Of a stretch of DNA of 64,000 bases, positions 49,851 through 58,530 are shown one piece after another. The notes under the pieces were generated by a model, which searched no databases, was not told where the DNA came from, and saw only the letters and a list, made by a program, of their open reading frames with translations. A program made the position numbers and the translations under genes. Source of the stretch: an uncultured delta proteobacterium (GTDB lineage Bacteria; Myxococcota_A; Polyangia; Polyangiales; Polyangiaceae); the NCBI GenBank assembly GCA_963782055.1, contig CAWAIF010000003.1, forward strand, positions 1,536,001 to 1,600,000, read 5' to 3'. Numbering within the stretch: the stretch's first letter is position 1; each line of letters begins with the position of its first letter.

Positions 49851-51812
49851 TCAGCCGGAGGGTCTGCGCGCCTCCAGCTCCTCCCACCGCGCCGTGCGCT
49901 TCGTCACCTCCGCCTGCGCCGCTTCCAGCGCGGCGCGCACCGGCCCCACCTCCGCCGGCGTCTCGGCGTAGAGCGCCGGGTCGGCGAGGCGCGCCTCCAG
50001 GCGCGCGACCTCCGCCTCCGCCTCGGCGACGACGTCCAGGATGCCGTCCAGCTCGATGCGCTCGGCGTAGGTGAGGGGCTTCGGGCCCGGCGCCGCCTGC
50101 CGCCGCGCGCGAGGCGCGGCAGGTGCGGCCTCCGGCGCCGCGCGCTTGCCCGGCGCATCGGGGCGCTGCGACCGGTATGTCGCGTAGTTGCCGGCGTAGA
50201 GCACCGCGTGCCCGTCCGGCTCCATCGCCAGGATGTGGGTCGCGACCCGATCCAGAAAGGCGCGATCGTGCGAGACGACGAGCGCGGCGCCCGGCCACGA
50301 CTCCAGCAGCTCCTCCAGCGTGGCGAGGGTGGTCACGTCCAGATCGTTGGTGGGCTCGTCCAGGAGCAGCAGGTTGTCGCCTGCGCGCAGCACCTTGGCC
50401 AGCGCGACGCGCGCGCGCTCGCCGCCGGAGAGCGAGCCCACCTTCTGCCGCTGCTTGGCGCCGTCGAAGAGGAACTGCTCCAGGTACGCGCGCATCTCCA
50501 CGGTGCGCTCGCCGATGGTCACGACGCCCGCGCCCTGCCGCTCGGCGCCCTCCCGCCCCGCCACGTTGTCCAGCACCGACCAGCCGTCCTCCAGGTTCGC
50601 CCGGGCCTGGTCGAAGTGCGCGATGCGCGTGCGCCCGCCGCGCACCACCTTGCCGGCCGCCGGCTCCAGCTCGCCGGTGACCACGCGCAGCAGCGAGGTC
50701 TTGCCCGCGCCGTTGGGACCGACGATGCCCACGCGCTCGCCGGTCTGCAGGTGCAGCGTCACGTCCTTCACGAGCACGCGGCCGGCGATCGCCACGTCCA
50801 CGTGCTCCAGGTCCAGCACCGTCTTGCCCAGGCGCGGCGCCGAGGACTCCAGCCCGGTGAGGTCGAGGGCCTGCGGCGCCTTCGTCGGCTCGGCGGCGGC
50901 CAGGGCTTCCGCCCGCTGGATGCGCGCCTTCTGCTTGGTGCTGCGCGCCTTCGCGCCGCGGCGTAGCCACGCGGTCTCTCGCCGCAGCAGGTTGAGGCGG
51001 TTCTGCCCGACGCGCTCCTCGTGAGCGAGCCGCTCCGCCTTCTGCTCCAGGTAATCGGCGTAGCCGCCGGCGTACTCGGTGAGCGCGCCGCGATCGAGCT
51101 CCAGGATGCGGTTGCAGAGCGCGTCCATCACGTAGCGGTCGTGGGTGACCACCAGCACCGCGCCGCCGAAGTCGCTCGCGAGGTACTCCTCCAGCCAGGC
51201 GATGGTGTCGGCGTCCAGGTGGTTGGTGGGCTCGTCCAGGATGGCGAGATCAGGCCGGGCGACGAGGATGCGCGCGAGGGCGACGCGGCGCCGCTCGCCG
51301 CCGCTCATGGTGCCCACGGCGCGGTCGGCGTCGCGCACGCCCAGCTTGTCCAGCATCTCGCTCGCGAGGTGCCCGCGCGACCACCCGCCGAGGTGCTCCA
51401 CGCGCTCGGCGAGGTGCGACTGCTCCAGCACGAGGGCGTCGGTCGCGCCCTCCCGCTCGATGCGCCGTGTGACCTCGGCGTGGCGGGTCGAGGCGTCCTT
51501 CCACGCGGCGAGCCCCTCCTCGACCACCTCGCGCGCCGTTGCCTCCGCCGTGAGCGTCGGCTCCTGCGCGAGGTACAGGATGGAGGCGTCGCGGCGGCGG
51601 TCGACGGTCCCGGTGTCCGCCACCTCGATGCCGGCGAGCACGCGCAGCAGCGTGGACTTGCCGGTCCCGTTGATGCCGAGCAAGCCCACGCGCTCGCCCG
51701 CGGCGACGCTCAGCGACACGTCGCGCAGCAACGTCTGCGTCCCGTACGCCTTGGCGAGGTGGCGGGCGCCGAGGACCGGACCGGAGCGAAGGTCGGGGAG
51801 GGAGGGCGGCAT
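49851..51812 (-). CDS. uup: ABC-F family ATPase (Uup-like)
   Basis: Two ABC domains (GINGTGKS, GPNGAGKT), LDEPTNHLD, KARSTKQKAR linker and C-terminal coiled coil. Confidence 0.9.
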   Translation of the reverse strand: MPPSLPDLRSGPVLGARHLAKAYGTQTLLRDVSLSVAAGERVGLLGINGTGKSTLLRVLAGIEVADTGTVDRRRDASILYLAQEPTLTAEATAREVVEEGLAAWKDASTRHAEVTRRIEREGATDALVLEQSHLAERVEHLGGWSRGHLASEMLDKLGVRDADRAVGTMSGGERRRVALARILVARPDLAILDEPTNHLDADTIAWLEEYLASDFGGAVLVVTHDRYVMDALCNRILELDRGALTEYAGGYADYLEQKAERLAHEERVGQNRLNLLRRETAWLRRGAKARSTKQKARIQRAEALAAAEPTKAPQALDLTGLESSAPRLGKTVLDLEHVDVAIAGRVLVKDVTLHLQTGERVGIVGPNGAGKTSLLRVVTGELEPAAGKVVRGGRTRIAHFDQARANLEDGWSVLDNVAGREGAERQGAGVVTIGERTVEMRAYLEQFLFDGAKQRQKVGSLSGGERARVALAKVLRAGDNLLLLDEPTNDLDVTTLATLEELLESWPGAALVVSHDRAFLDRVATHILAMEPDGHAVLYAGNYATYRSQRPDAPGKRAAPEAAPAAPRARRQAAPGPKPLTYAERIELDGILDVVAEAEAEVARLEARLADPALYAETPAEVGPVRAALEAAQAEVTKRTARWEELEARRPSG

Positions 51813-52013
51813 GGCGTAGTGTACGGTCGAGCGCAGACGCCCTACCAGCAGCCGCCCCCGAGGGCCAGGCGGTTTCGGTCCGGGTCAGCATTCTCGTTCT
51901 GGTCGCGGCTCGACCTTGGAGGTGCGCGGCAGAGCCGGGGGCTGGCCATGGACACGACGTGCCGCGTTCCTATGTTGGGGATGCGGCGCACAGGCCGTGA
52001 GAGAGAGGCATGG

Positions 52014-53252
52014 GTGGACGCCGTGGCCGGCCCGCAGCGCAAGAAGACGATCCTGGTGGTGGACGACACCGCCCCGCTGCGTCGCGCTCTGGCGTTCCAG
52101 CTCGTCATGCTCGGGTTCGCGGTCCGGGAGGCGGAGGATGGCCTGCAGGCGCTCGAGGAGGTGGAGCGCGCCACGCCCGACCTCGTCCTCTCCGACCTGC
52201 GCATGCCCCGCATGGACGGGCTCGCGCTGCTCGCCTCGCTCCGCGAGTCGCACCCCGACCTGCCGGTGGTGGTGATGTCCGGGGCGGGTCTGCTGCAGGA
52301 CGCCATCGGCGCGATGAGGCTCGGCGCGTGGGACTACGTCGAGAAGCCTCTGCCGCCCGCGGAGGCGCTGAGGCACGCGCTCGATCGCGTGCTGGAGAGC
52401 GCGGCCCTCCGCGAGGAAAATCGGTGCCAGCGCCGGCAGCTCGAGGCGACCAACCGCGAGCTGCGCGCGACGCTCACCCTCCTCGCCGCCGACGAGGAGG
52501 CGGGGAGGCAGCTGCAGTTTCGCATGCTGCCGAAGAACCACATGAGATTCGGCCCGTTCGAGTTCAGCCGCGAGCTGTTGCCTTCGGCGTTCCTGAGCGG
52601 GGACTTCGTCGACGCCTTCGTCATCGACGACCACCGCTGGGCCTTCTACCTGGCGGACGTGGCCGGTCACGGCGTCTCGTCGGCGATGGTGACCGTACTG
52701 GTGCGCTCGCTCGTCCAGGGCATCGCCGGCGAGCGCGGCCCGGGCGGCGACCCGCTGGTGCTCTCCCCGGCGCGCGTCCTCGAGCGCCTCAACCAGGAGA
52801 TGGCCAAGGAGCGCGTCGACAAGCACCTGACGCTCTTCTTCGGCGTGATCGACAACGCGGACGCCACGCTCGTGTACGCCAACGCGGGGCAGTTCCCGTG
52901 GCCGATCGTCTACGACGGGTCGCGCGTGACGCCCCTCGCGCACCCGGGCATGCCCATCGGCATGCTCGCCCACGCGCGTTACGAGGAGCACTCCATCCAC
53001 TTCGCCGACGAGGGTCGGCTGGTGGCCGTCTCCGACGGCTTGCTGGAGGTCCTGCCTCACAGCGGCGTCGCGGCGAAGCAGGCGTTCCTCGACGCTCTCT
53101 TCGCGCGCGACGACGTGACCGTGGAGCAGGTGCGCCACGAGCTCCGACTCGACGAGCGCCTGCCGCTCCCGGACGACATCGCGATCCTGCTCATCAAGAG
53201 AGGAGGGACCCATGCCTCAGTCGAGAACGCGGGCGCTCTTCGGCCTCGCTGA
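52014..53252 (+). CDS. Response regulator receiver + SpoIIE/PP2C phosphatase (RssB/RsbU-like)
   Basis: LVVDD..SDLRMP..KP, Q..MLP, LSGDF, ADVAGHG, SDG and DDIAIL. Start uncertain. Confidence 0.88.
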   Translation: MDAVAGPQRKKTILVVDDTAPLRRALAFQLVMLGFAVREAEDGLQALEEVERATPDLVLSDLRMPRMDGLALLASLRESHPDLPVVVMSGAGLLQDAIGAMRLGAWDYVEKPLPPAEALRHALDRVLESAALREENRCQRRQLEATNRELRATLTLLAADEEAGRQLQFRMLPKNHMRFGPFEFSRELLPSAFLSGDFVDAFVIDDHRWAFYLADVAGHGVSSAMVTVLVRSLVQGIAGERGPGGDPLVLSPARVLERLNQEMAKERVDKHLTLFFGVIDNADATLVYANAGQFPWPIVYDGSRVTPLAHPGMPIGMLAHARYEEHSIHFADEGRLVAVSDGLLEVLPHSGVAAKQAFLDALFARDDVTVEQVRHELRLDERLPLPDDIAILLIKRGGTHASVENAGALRPR

Positions 53253-53733
53253 CCGCATGGCGGTCCTCGTCCTGGAGGGGCCCGTCCGCTACACAGCCGC
53301 GCAGGCGCTCCGCGCGTTCGTCGACGGACCCCTGGCGCACGCGGACGTGGACACCGTCGTGGTGGACCTGCGAAGGGCGACCTTCATCGACAGCACGGGC
53401 ATGGGTCTGGTCGCCCGCGTCGGCAAGTCCACGCTGGAGCGGCACGGGCGGCGGGCCGTGCTGGTCTGCCAGGACAACGACGTCGCCGTCGCCCTCCGCG
53501 CCGCCACGTTCGATCTGCTGTGCGCGATGGTGGAGGAGCCGCCCTACGACGCACAACCGGCTCTCGAGGAGGTCTCGCTCCCGCAGGCGGACGCCGCCGA
53601 AGGGCAGGCGCTCGGCCGCGTCATCCTGGAGGCCCACCGTGACCTCTCCGTGCTCAGCGAGCACAACCGTGACGAGTACGCGAGGGTCATTGCCGCGCTG
53701 GAAGCGGAGCTGCCGCGGGGCAGCTCGTCGTGA
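53212..53733 (+). CDS. STAS-domain anti-anti-sigma factor (RssC-like)
   Basis: VVDLRRATFIDSTGMG and C-terminal ILEAHRDLSVLSEHN. GGAGGG RBS. Confidence 0.85.
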   Translation: MPQSRTRALFGLADRMAVLVLEGPVRYTAAQALRAFVDGPLAHADVDTVVVDLRRATFIDSTGMGLVARVGKSTLERHGRRAVLVCQDNDVAVALRAATFDLLCAMVEEPPYDAQPALEEVSLPQADAAEGQALGRVILEAHRDLSVLSEHNRDEYARVIAALEAELPRGSSS

Positions 53734-53758
53734 GGGTTCTGGCGACTCGCCGCGCGGA

Positions 53759-54592
53759 TCAGGGGTCGTCGCCCAGCGCCGCCGCGAGGCTTGCGTCGCG
53801 CGCCCAGTCGCTCCAGCTGCCCTCGTAGAGCATCGCGCCTCCCATGCCCGCGCGCTCGAGCGCGAGGATGTCGTGGCAAGCGGTGACGCCGGAGCCGCAG
53901 TAGACGATGACCGGCACATCGCCGGTCGCGCCGAGGGCGCGGTAGCGCTCCCGCAGCGCGGCGGCGCTCTTGAACCGGCCGTCCTGCAGGTTCTCCGCCC
54001 ACGGGGCGCTCTTCGCGCCGGGGATGTGGCCGGGACGGGCGTCGATCGGCTCGCGCTCGCCGCGGTAACGCTCCCGCGCGCGCGCGTCGAGGAGCAGCGC
54101 CCCGGCGGAGAGCGCGGTGGCGACCGCGCGCTTGTCGACGACCCACGGCGCGCGCGGCGTCGCCTCGAAGTCGCCCGGCGCGACGGCCGGCACGTCACGG
54201 ACGAGCGCGCCGCCCGCCGCGGTCCACGCCTGCAGACCGCCGTCCAGCACCGAGGCACGCGGGTGGCCGTGCGCGCGCAGCAGCCACCAGAGGCGCGACG
54301 CGATCGCGCCGCCGGTGTCGTCGAGCGCCACCACGTGCGTGCCGCGCGAGACACCCGCCGCGCGCATGGCCGCGGCGAGCCGCGCAGGATCGGGGAGGGG
54401 ATGGCGGCCAGGGCCCTCCGGCGCGCTGACGTCCTCCAGGTCGACGAACACCGATCCCGGGACGTGCCCCTCGGCGTAGGCGGCGGCGCCCTGGTTCCCC
54501 TGCATGTACCAGCGGAAGTCCACGACGCGCACGTCGGGATCGCCGGCGTGGGCGAGGAGCCATCCCGCGTCGACGAGGAGAGGAGCGCTCAC
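53759..54592 (-). CDS. sseA: 3-mercaptopyruvate/thiosulfate sulfurtransferase
   Basis: GHVPG, GRHPLP, LDGGLQAW, GHIPGA, YCGSGVTAC and YEGSWSDW. Confidence 0.9.
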   Translation of the reverse strand: MSAPLLVDAGWLLAHAGDPDVRVVDFRWYMQGNQGAAAYAEGHVPGSVFVDLEDVSAPEGPGRHPLPDPARLAAAMRAAGVSRGTHVVALDDTGGAIASRLWWLLRAHGHPRASVLDGGLQAWTAAGGALVRDVPAVAPGDFEATPRAPWVVDKRAVATALSAGALLLDARARERYRGEREPIDARPGHIPGAKSAPWAENLQDGRFKSAAALRERYRALGATGDVPVIVYCGSGVTACHDILALERAGMGGAMLYEGSWSDWARDASLAAALGDDP

Positions 54593-54688
54593 GGCGCGTC
54601 AAGGTAGCAGACGCCGCGCGCCGTGGTACGGTGCCGCGCGCGTCACGCCGTCGTGGACGCTCGTCACCCTGGCTCCCAGTCACCCGAG

Positions 54689-55300
54689 ATGGCCGATTTC
54701 GTCAGGTCCGCAGCGCTGCTGCTGGTGCTCCTCAACCCGTTCCTGGTGATCGTCTACCTGGTCGACGTGGTCGAGAAGCTCCCGTGGAAGCGGTTCGCCC
54801 GGGTTCTGCTCGCCGGGGGGGCCATCGCCGCCGGGGTGCTGTGCTGCTTCGCCATCCTGGGTGACGCCATCTTCTCCAACATGGTGCAGGCGAAGTTCGC
54901 GTCCTTCCAGATCTTCGGCGGCGTCGTCTTCCTCCTCATCGGGCTGCAGTTCGTCTTCCAGGGGCCGAAGGCGATCAACATCCTGCGCGGCGACTCGGAG
55001 CACCTCGCCGGCGCCATCGCCATGCCGGTGCTGATCGGCCCCGGCACCATCAGCGCCAGCGTCATCATCGGCAAGCGGCACGATCGGCTGGTGGCCTGCG
55101 TGATCGTGGCGGTGGCGGTGATCAGCTCCGTCGTCCTCATGCTCGGGCTCAAGTGGCTTCACGACTTCGTGCGCCCGCGCAACGAGCGCCTCGTGCAGCG
55201 TTACATCGAGATCACCGGGCGCATCGTGGCCCTCTTCGTCGGCACGGTGGCCGTCGAGATGATCATGCAAGGCATCGAGTCCTGGCTCGGCAAGTTCTGA
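54689..55300 (+). CDS. MarC-family membrane protein
   Basis: LLNPF, FQIFGG and MPVLIGPGTI. About six TMs. Confidence 0.88.
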   Translation: MADFVRSAALLLVLLNPFLVIVYLVDVVEKLPWKRFARVLLAGGAIAAGVLCCFAILGDAIFSNMVQAKFASFQIFGGVVFLLIGLQFVFQGPKAINILRGDSEHLAGAIAMPVLIGPGTISASVIIGKRHDRLVACVIVAVAVISSVVLMLGLKWLHDFVRPRNERLVQRYIEITGRIVALFVGTVAVEMIMQGIESWLGKF

Positions 55301-55302
55301 GA

Positions 55303-56934
55303 TCAGGCCCGGCCGAGCCCGGCGGGGGATGGCTCGATCGACCCTTCCGTCACCGCCTTCAGGCGCTCCACCCACGGCGCGACGTCCACCCCCGCCATCG
55401 AGGCGCTTGGCTCCCCCGCGAACGGGACCGTCGCGATCCTCGCCTCCGGCGCGCGCGCGATCACGGCCTTCACGCGAGGGTCGACGCGCACCAGCTCCTC
55501 GCGCAGGAGCGACTCCGACGTGTCGAGCGGCCACGCCCAGACGGCGACTGACCCGAGCGCCCCGACCAGCGCCGCCCGCGCGCCCGGCGGCGGAGCCGGC
55601 GCCGCCCCCGCGGGCAGCGCGCACACGGCGAGGGTCAGGCCCGGGCCACGCGCCCAGAGCGCCGCCAGCTTCGCCAGGTTGCGCTGCGCGGCGACGCGCC
55701 GCTTGCCGATGGCGGCGAGCGAGCGGGGCGCGGAAAAGACCAGATCCACCTCGTGCGCGTCGGCGACGTGCGCGTGAGGCTGCGCCACGGCGGCGATGAC
55801 GAGGTCCGCCTCGGTGTCGTCGCCGTCCTCGCCGGCGCGCGCGGCCCGCAGCAGCTCCGTCACGCGCTGCGTGAGGCCGAGCGACGCCAGGGCATCCATC
55901 GCCCGGAGGCGCAGGGCGCGCTCGTCCTCGGCGCTCGAGTCCAGCGCGGCGTCCGCGTCCACCAGCGCCGCGCCGAGACCGACGCCGAGCGCGCGGAACC
56001 TGTCGCGAAGCGTGTCCACCTCCTGGCGCGAGGGCGGCTCGCCCAGCATGCGCCGCGCGCGATGGCCGATGCGCTCCGCGAAGGCGGCGAAGACCGAGAG
56101 CGGCGGCGCCGCGCCCTCGGCGATCTCCTTGCCGTTCGCCGCGAGATCGCGCGCGGCCTCCGCCTGCCCGGCGTCCAGCGCGACCTCCGCCAGGAACGCG
56201 AGCGCGCGCGCCCGTCCGTGGCGATCCCCGAGGCGCGTGGCGAGGAGCTCCTGCGCCCCCAGGTGCGCCCGCGCCGCATCCAGGTCGCCGCGCGCGAGGG
56301 CGAGGGAGCCGAGCTGGCCGCGGGCGATGGCCTCGCTCTCCACCAGGCCGAGCCGCCGCGCCAGCTCCGCCGCGTGCTCCAGCACGCTCGCCGCCGCGCC
56401 CTGCGCGCCGAGCACGCCGTAGAGCGTGCCCATGGAGTTGAGGACGCGCACGCGCTCGGGGAGGAGGTCGTCGGAGGCGGCGACGGCCACGGCGAACGCG
56501 TCGAGCGCCTGCTCCGGCTGCCCCGCCGCGACGTACGCGGCGCCGAGGACGGTGCTCGCGGTGGCGCGCACGAGCGCGTCCTCGCCCGCCGCCCGCCCCA
56601 CCGCCGCGATCCGCGCGATGAGCTCGGGGAGGTGCTGGCGTGGACCGCGGCGCGTCTCGGCCACGAGCGACTCGCATCGCGCGAGCGCGCTCGCCTGCGC
56701 CTCGCCGCACGCGGCGAACGCCTCGGCGGCGGCGGAGAGCTCGGTCCCCGCGAGGTGGAGCTGCCCGGTGCGAAGCGCCAGCTCCCCGCGCGCGAAGCGC
56801 AGGGCGGCGCGCTCCGCGGCCGAGGAGACGACGCCCTCGAGGCGATCCATCTCCGCGCGCGCCCCCTCGGGCGCGCCGCCGAGCAGGAGGCGCTCCACCG
56901 TGGAGTGCGGGGCGAGGGGCGCGAGCGGCCTCAC
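55303..56934 (-). CDS. TPR (MalT-like) repeat protein with unknown C-terminal domain
   Basis: Repeats such as VLNSMGTLYGVLG, ARGQLGSLALARGD and ARALAFLAEVALDAG. GTGA overlap with the S8 stop. Confidence 0.7.
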   Translation of the reverse strand: MRPLAPLAPHSTVERLLLGGAPEGARAEMDRLEGVVSSAAERAALRFARGELALRTGQLHLAGTELSAAAEAFAACGEAQASALARCESLVAETRRGPRQHLPELIARIAAVGRAAGEDALVRATASTVLGAAYVAAGQPEQALDAFAVAVAASDDLLPERVRVLNSMGTLYGVLGAQGAAASVLEHAAELARRLGLVESEAIARGQLGSLALARGDLDAARAHLGAQELLATRLGDRHGRARALAFLAEVALDAGQAEAARDLAANGKEIAEGAAPPLSVFAAFAERIGHRARRMLGEPPSRQEVDTLRDRFRALGVGLGAALVDADAALDSSAEDERALRLRAMDALASLGLTQRVTELLRAARAGEDGDDTEADLVIAAVAQPHAHVADAHEVDLVFSAPRSLAAIGKRRVAAQRNLAKLAALWARGPGLTLAVCALPAGAAPAPPPGARAALVGALGSVAVWAWPLDTSESLLREELVRVDPRVKAVIARAPEARIATVPFAGEPSASMAGVDVAPWVERLKAVTEGSIEPSPAGLGRA

Positions 56935-57734
56935 GACGCCGCCCTCGCTTCCTGCGCCGCGCGCCAGCGCGCCGCGAGCGCGTGCAGCGACGCCTTGGTC
57001 ACGTCGATGGAGAGCCCGGGGCGCGCGGCCCGGATGCGCGCGACGTGCGCGGCCACGTGCGGGGTCGCGAAGGACGTGCCGGTCCAGCGGCGCTCGCCGC
57101 CGCCGAGCGCCGGCGCGAGCACGTTCTCCCCGGGCGCCACGATCTCGTAGTCGGCGGTGAGCTGCGTGCGAAGCCCCTCCGCGTCGTCGAACGCCGCGCG
57201 CCCCACGCCGATGAGCGACTTGAACTTCCCCGGGTAGGTCCGGAACGCGCCCAGGTTGGGCCCGGAGGCGACGAGCACGACGCCGCGCGTGTACGCCGCG
57301 TCGGCGAGCTCGTACAGGTCCACGATGCCGGGGTAGTCCCCCGGCCGGAGCGGTGCGCTCCGCGGCACGTCGATGCCCAGGCTGAGGTTGACCACGTCGT
57401 AGCGCTCCACGACGCAGTGCCGGATCGCCGCCAGCAGGAGCTCGCGCGTGCACTTGCCGCCCGCGTCGAGCACGCGCACGTCGGCGATCTCGGCCTCCGG
57501 GACGAGGCGGTGGATGATGCCCGCGCAGGCCGTGCCGTGACCGCTCGCGTCGCCACCCTCGCAGGGCTCCGCGCGCGGCTTCCCCTCGCCGGCGCGCATG
57601 GCGAGGTGGCGCATGTTGGCCGCGCGGAGCCACGGGTGGGAAGGGTCGACGCCGGAGTCGACGATGGCGACGCGCACGCCGCGGCCGGACGCCACGATCG
57701 GCACGTCGGCGCCGAAGTCCGCCGGCGCGGTCAC
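56931..57734 (-). CDS. Minimal S8 subtilase without signal or pro-peptide
   Basis: VAIVDSGV (Asp), GHGTACAG (His), GTSFATPHV (Ser) and NLSLG. Confidence 0.9.
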   Translation of the reverse strand: MTAPADFGADVPIVASGRGVRVAIVDSGVDPSHPWLRAANMRHLAMRAGEGKPRAEPCEGGDASGHGTACAGIIHRLVPEAEIADVRVLDAGGKCTRELLLAAIRHCVVERYDVVNLSLGIDVPRSAPLRPGDYPGIVDLYELADAAYTRGVVLVASGPNLGAFRTYPGKFKSLIGVGRAAFDDAEGLRTQLTADYEIVAPGENVLAPALGGGERRWTGTSFATPHVAAHVARIRAARPGLSIDVTKASLHALAARWRAAQEARAAS

Positions 57735-58519
57735 GGGGTGTCCCCTTCGCCGCCGTGCGCGACGCGCTCCAGCCCGCGGAAGTACGCGTCGAAGCGCTCC
57801 AGCACGTCCACGACGAGCTGGGCGTCGTCGGGCCCGCGCGACGCCACGCGGCCGCAGAGCAGGGCGAGGCGCAGGCTGGTGCGGTACGCGGGGTCGAGGC
57901 GCATCGCCCGCACGTGCCGCTCGAGCTGCGCGCCGAGGCGCGTGTCCAGATCGCCGCCGAGCACGTCGGGGAGTGCGCGCGCGAAGAGCTCGAAGAGCGC
58001 CCGCTCGGTCCGGAAGCTCTCCACGGTGAGGGAGAGCACGTCGCCGAGCTGCTGGGCCAGGCGTACCTCGCGATCGCCCGACGCCTCGGCGCGCAGGAGC
58101 ATCACCCCGCCGACCACGCCGCGGCCGACGCGGATGGGCGCGAGGACACAGGAGCGCGGCGAGGACGCGACGGCGTCACGCAGGGGAGCGAGGGCGGGGT
58201 CGTCCGGCTCCAGCGACAGCGCGTGCGCGTCGCCGCCGGCGAGCAGGTACGCGAAGGGCGTCCCCACCGCGAGGAGCTGGAGGTCCAGCTCGCGGAAGCC
58301 TTCGGGCGTGGCGACGACCGGCACGTGGAGGCGGCCGAACGCCTCCAGCTCCAGCGCGACGAGCGCCTCGTCGCACGGCACCGCGATGCACGCGAACTGG
58401 AGCTGCTCGCGCAGGCCCCGCACGCGCGCCTCCACGCTCGCGACGAGCGACGACGACTCGATCGTCGAGAGCAGGTCGCGCAGGCGGGCGACGAAGGCGT
58501 TCTGGGGCTCGCGCGGCAT
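57731..58519 (-). CDS. GAF-like domain protein
   Basis: PRSCVLAPIRVGRGVVGGVMLL...EVRLAQQLG GAF-type tail followed by a helical region. GTGA overlap with S8. Confidence 0.6.
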   Translation of the reverse strand: MPREPQNAFVARLRDLLSTIESSSLVASVEARVRGLREQLQFACIAVPCDEALVALELEAFGRLHVPVVATPEGFRELDLQLLAVGTPFAYLLAGGDAHALSLEPDDPALAPLRDAVASSPRSCVLAPIRVGRGVVGGVMLLRAEASGDREVRLAQQLGDVLSLTVESFRTERALFELFARALPDVLGGDLDTRLGAQLERHVRAMRLDPAYRTSLRLALLCGRVASRGPDDAQLVVDVLERFDAYFRGLERVAHGGEGDTP

Positions 58520-58530
58520 GGCCACCGAGT

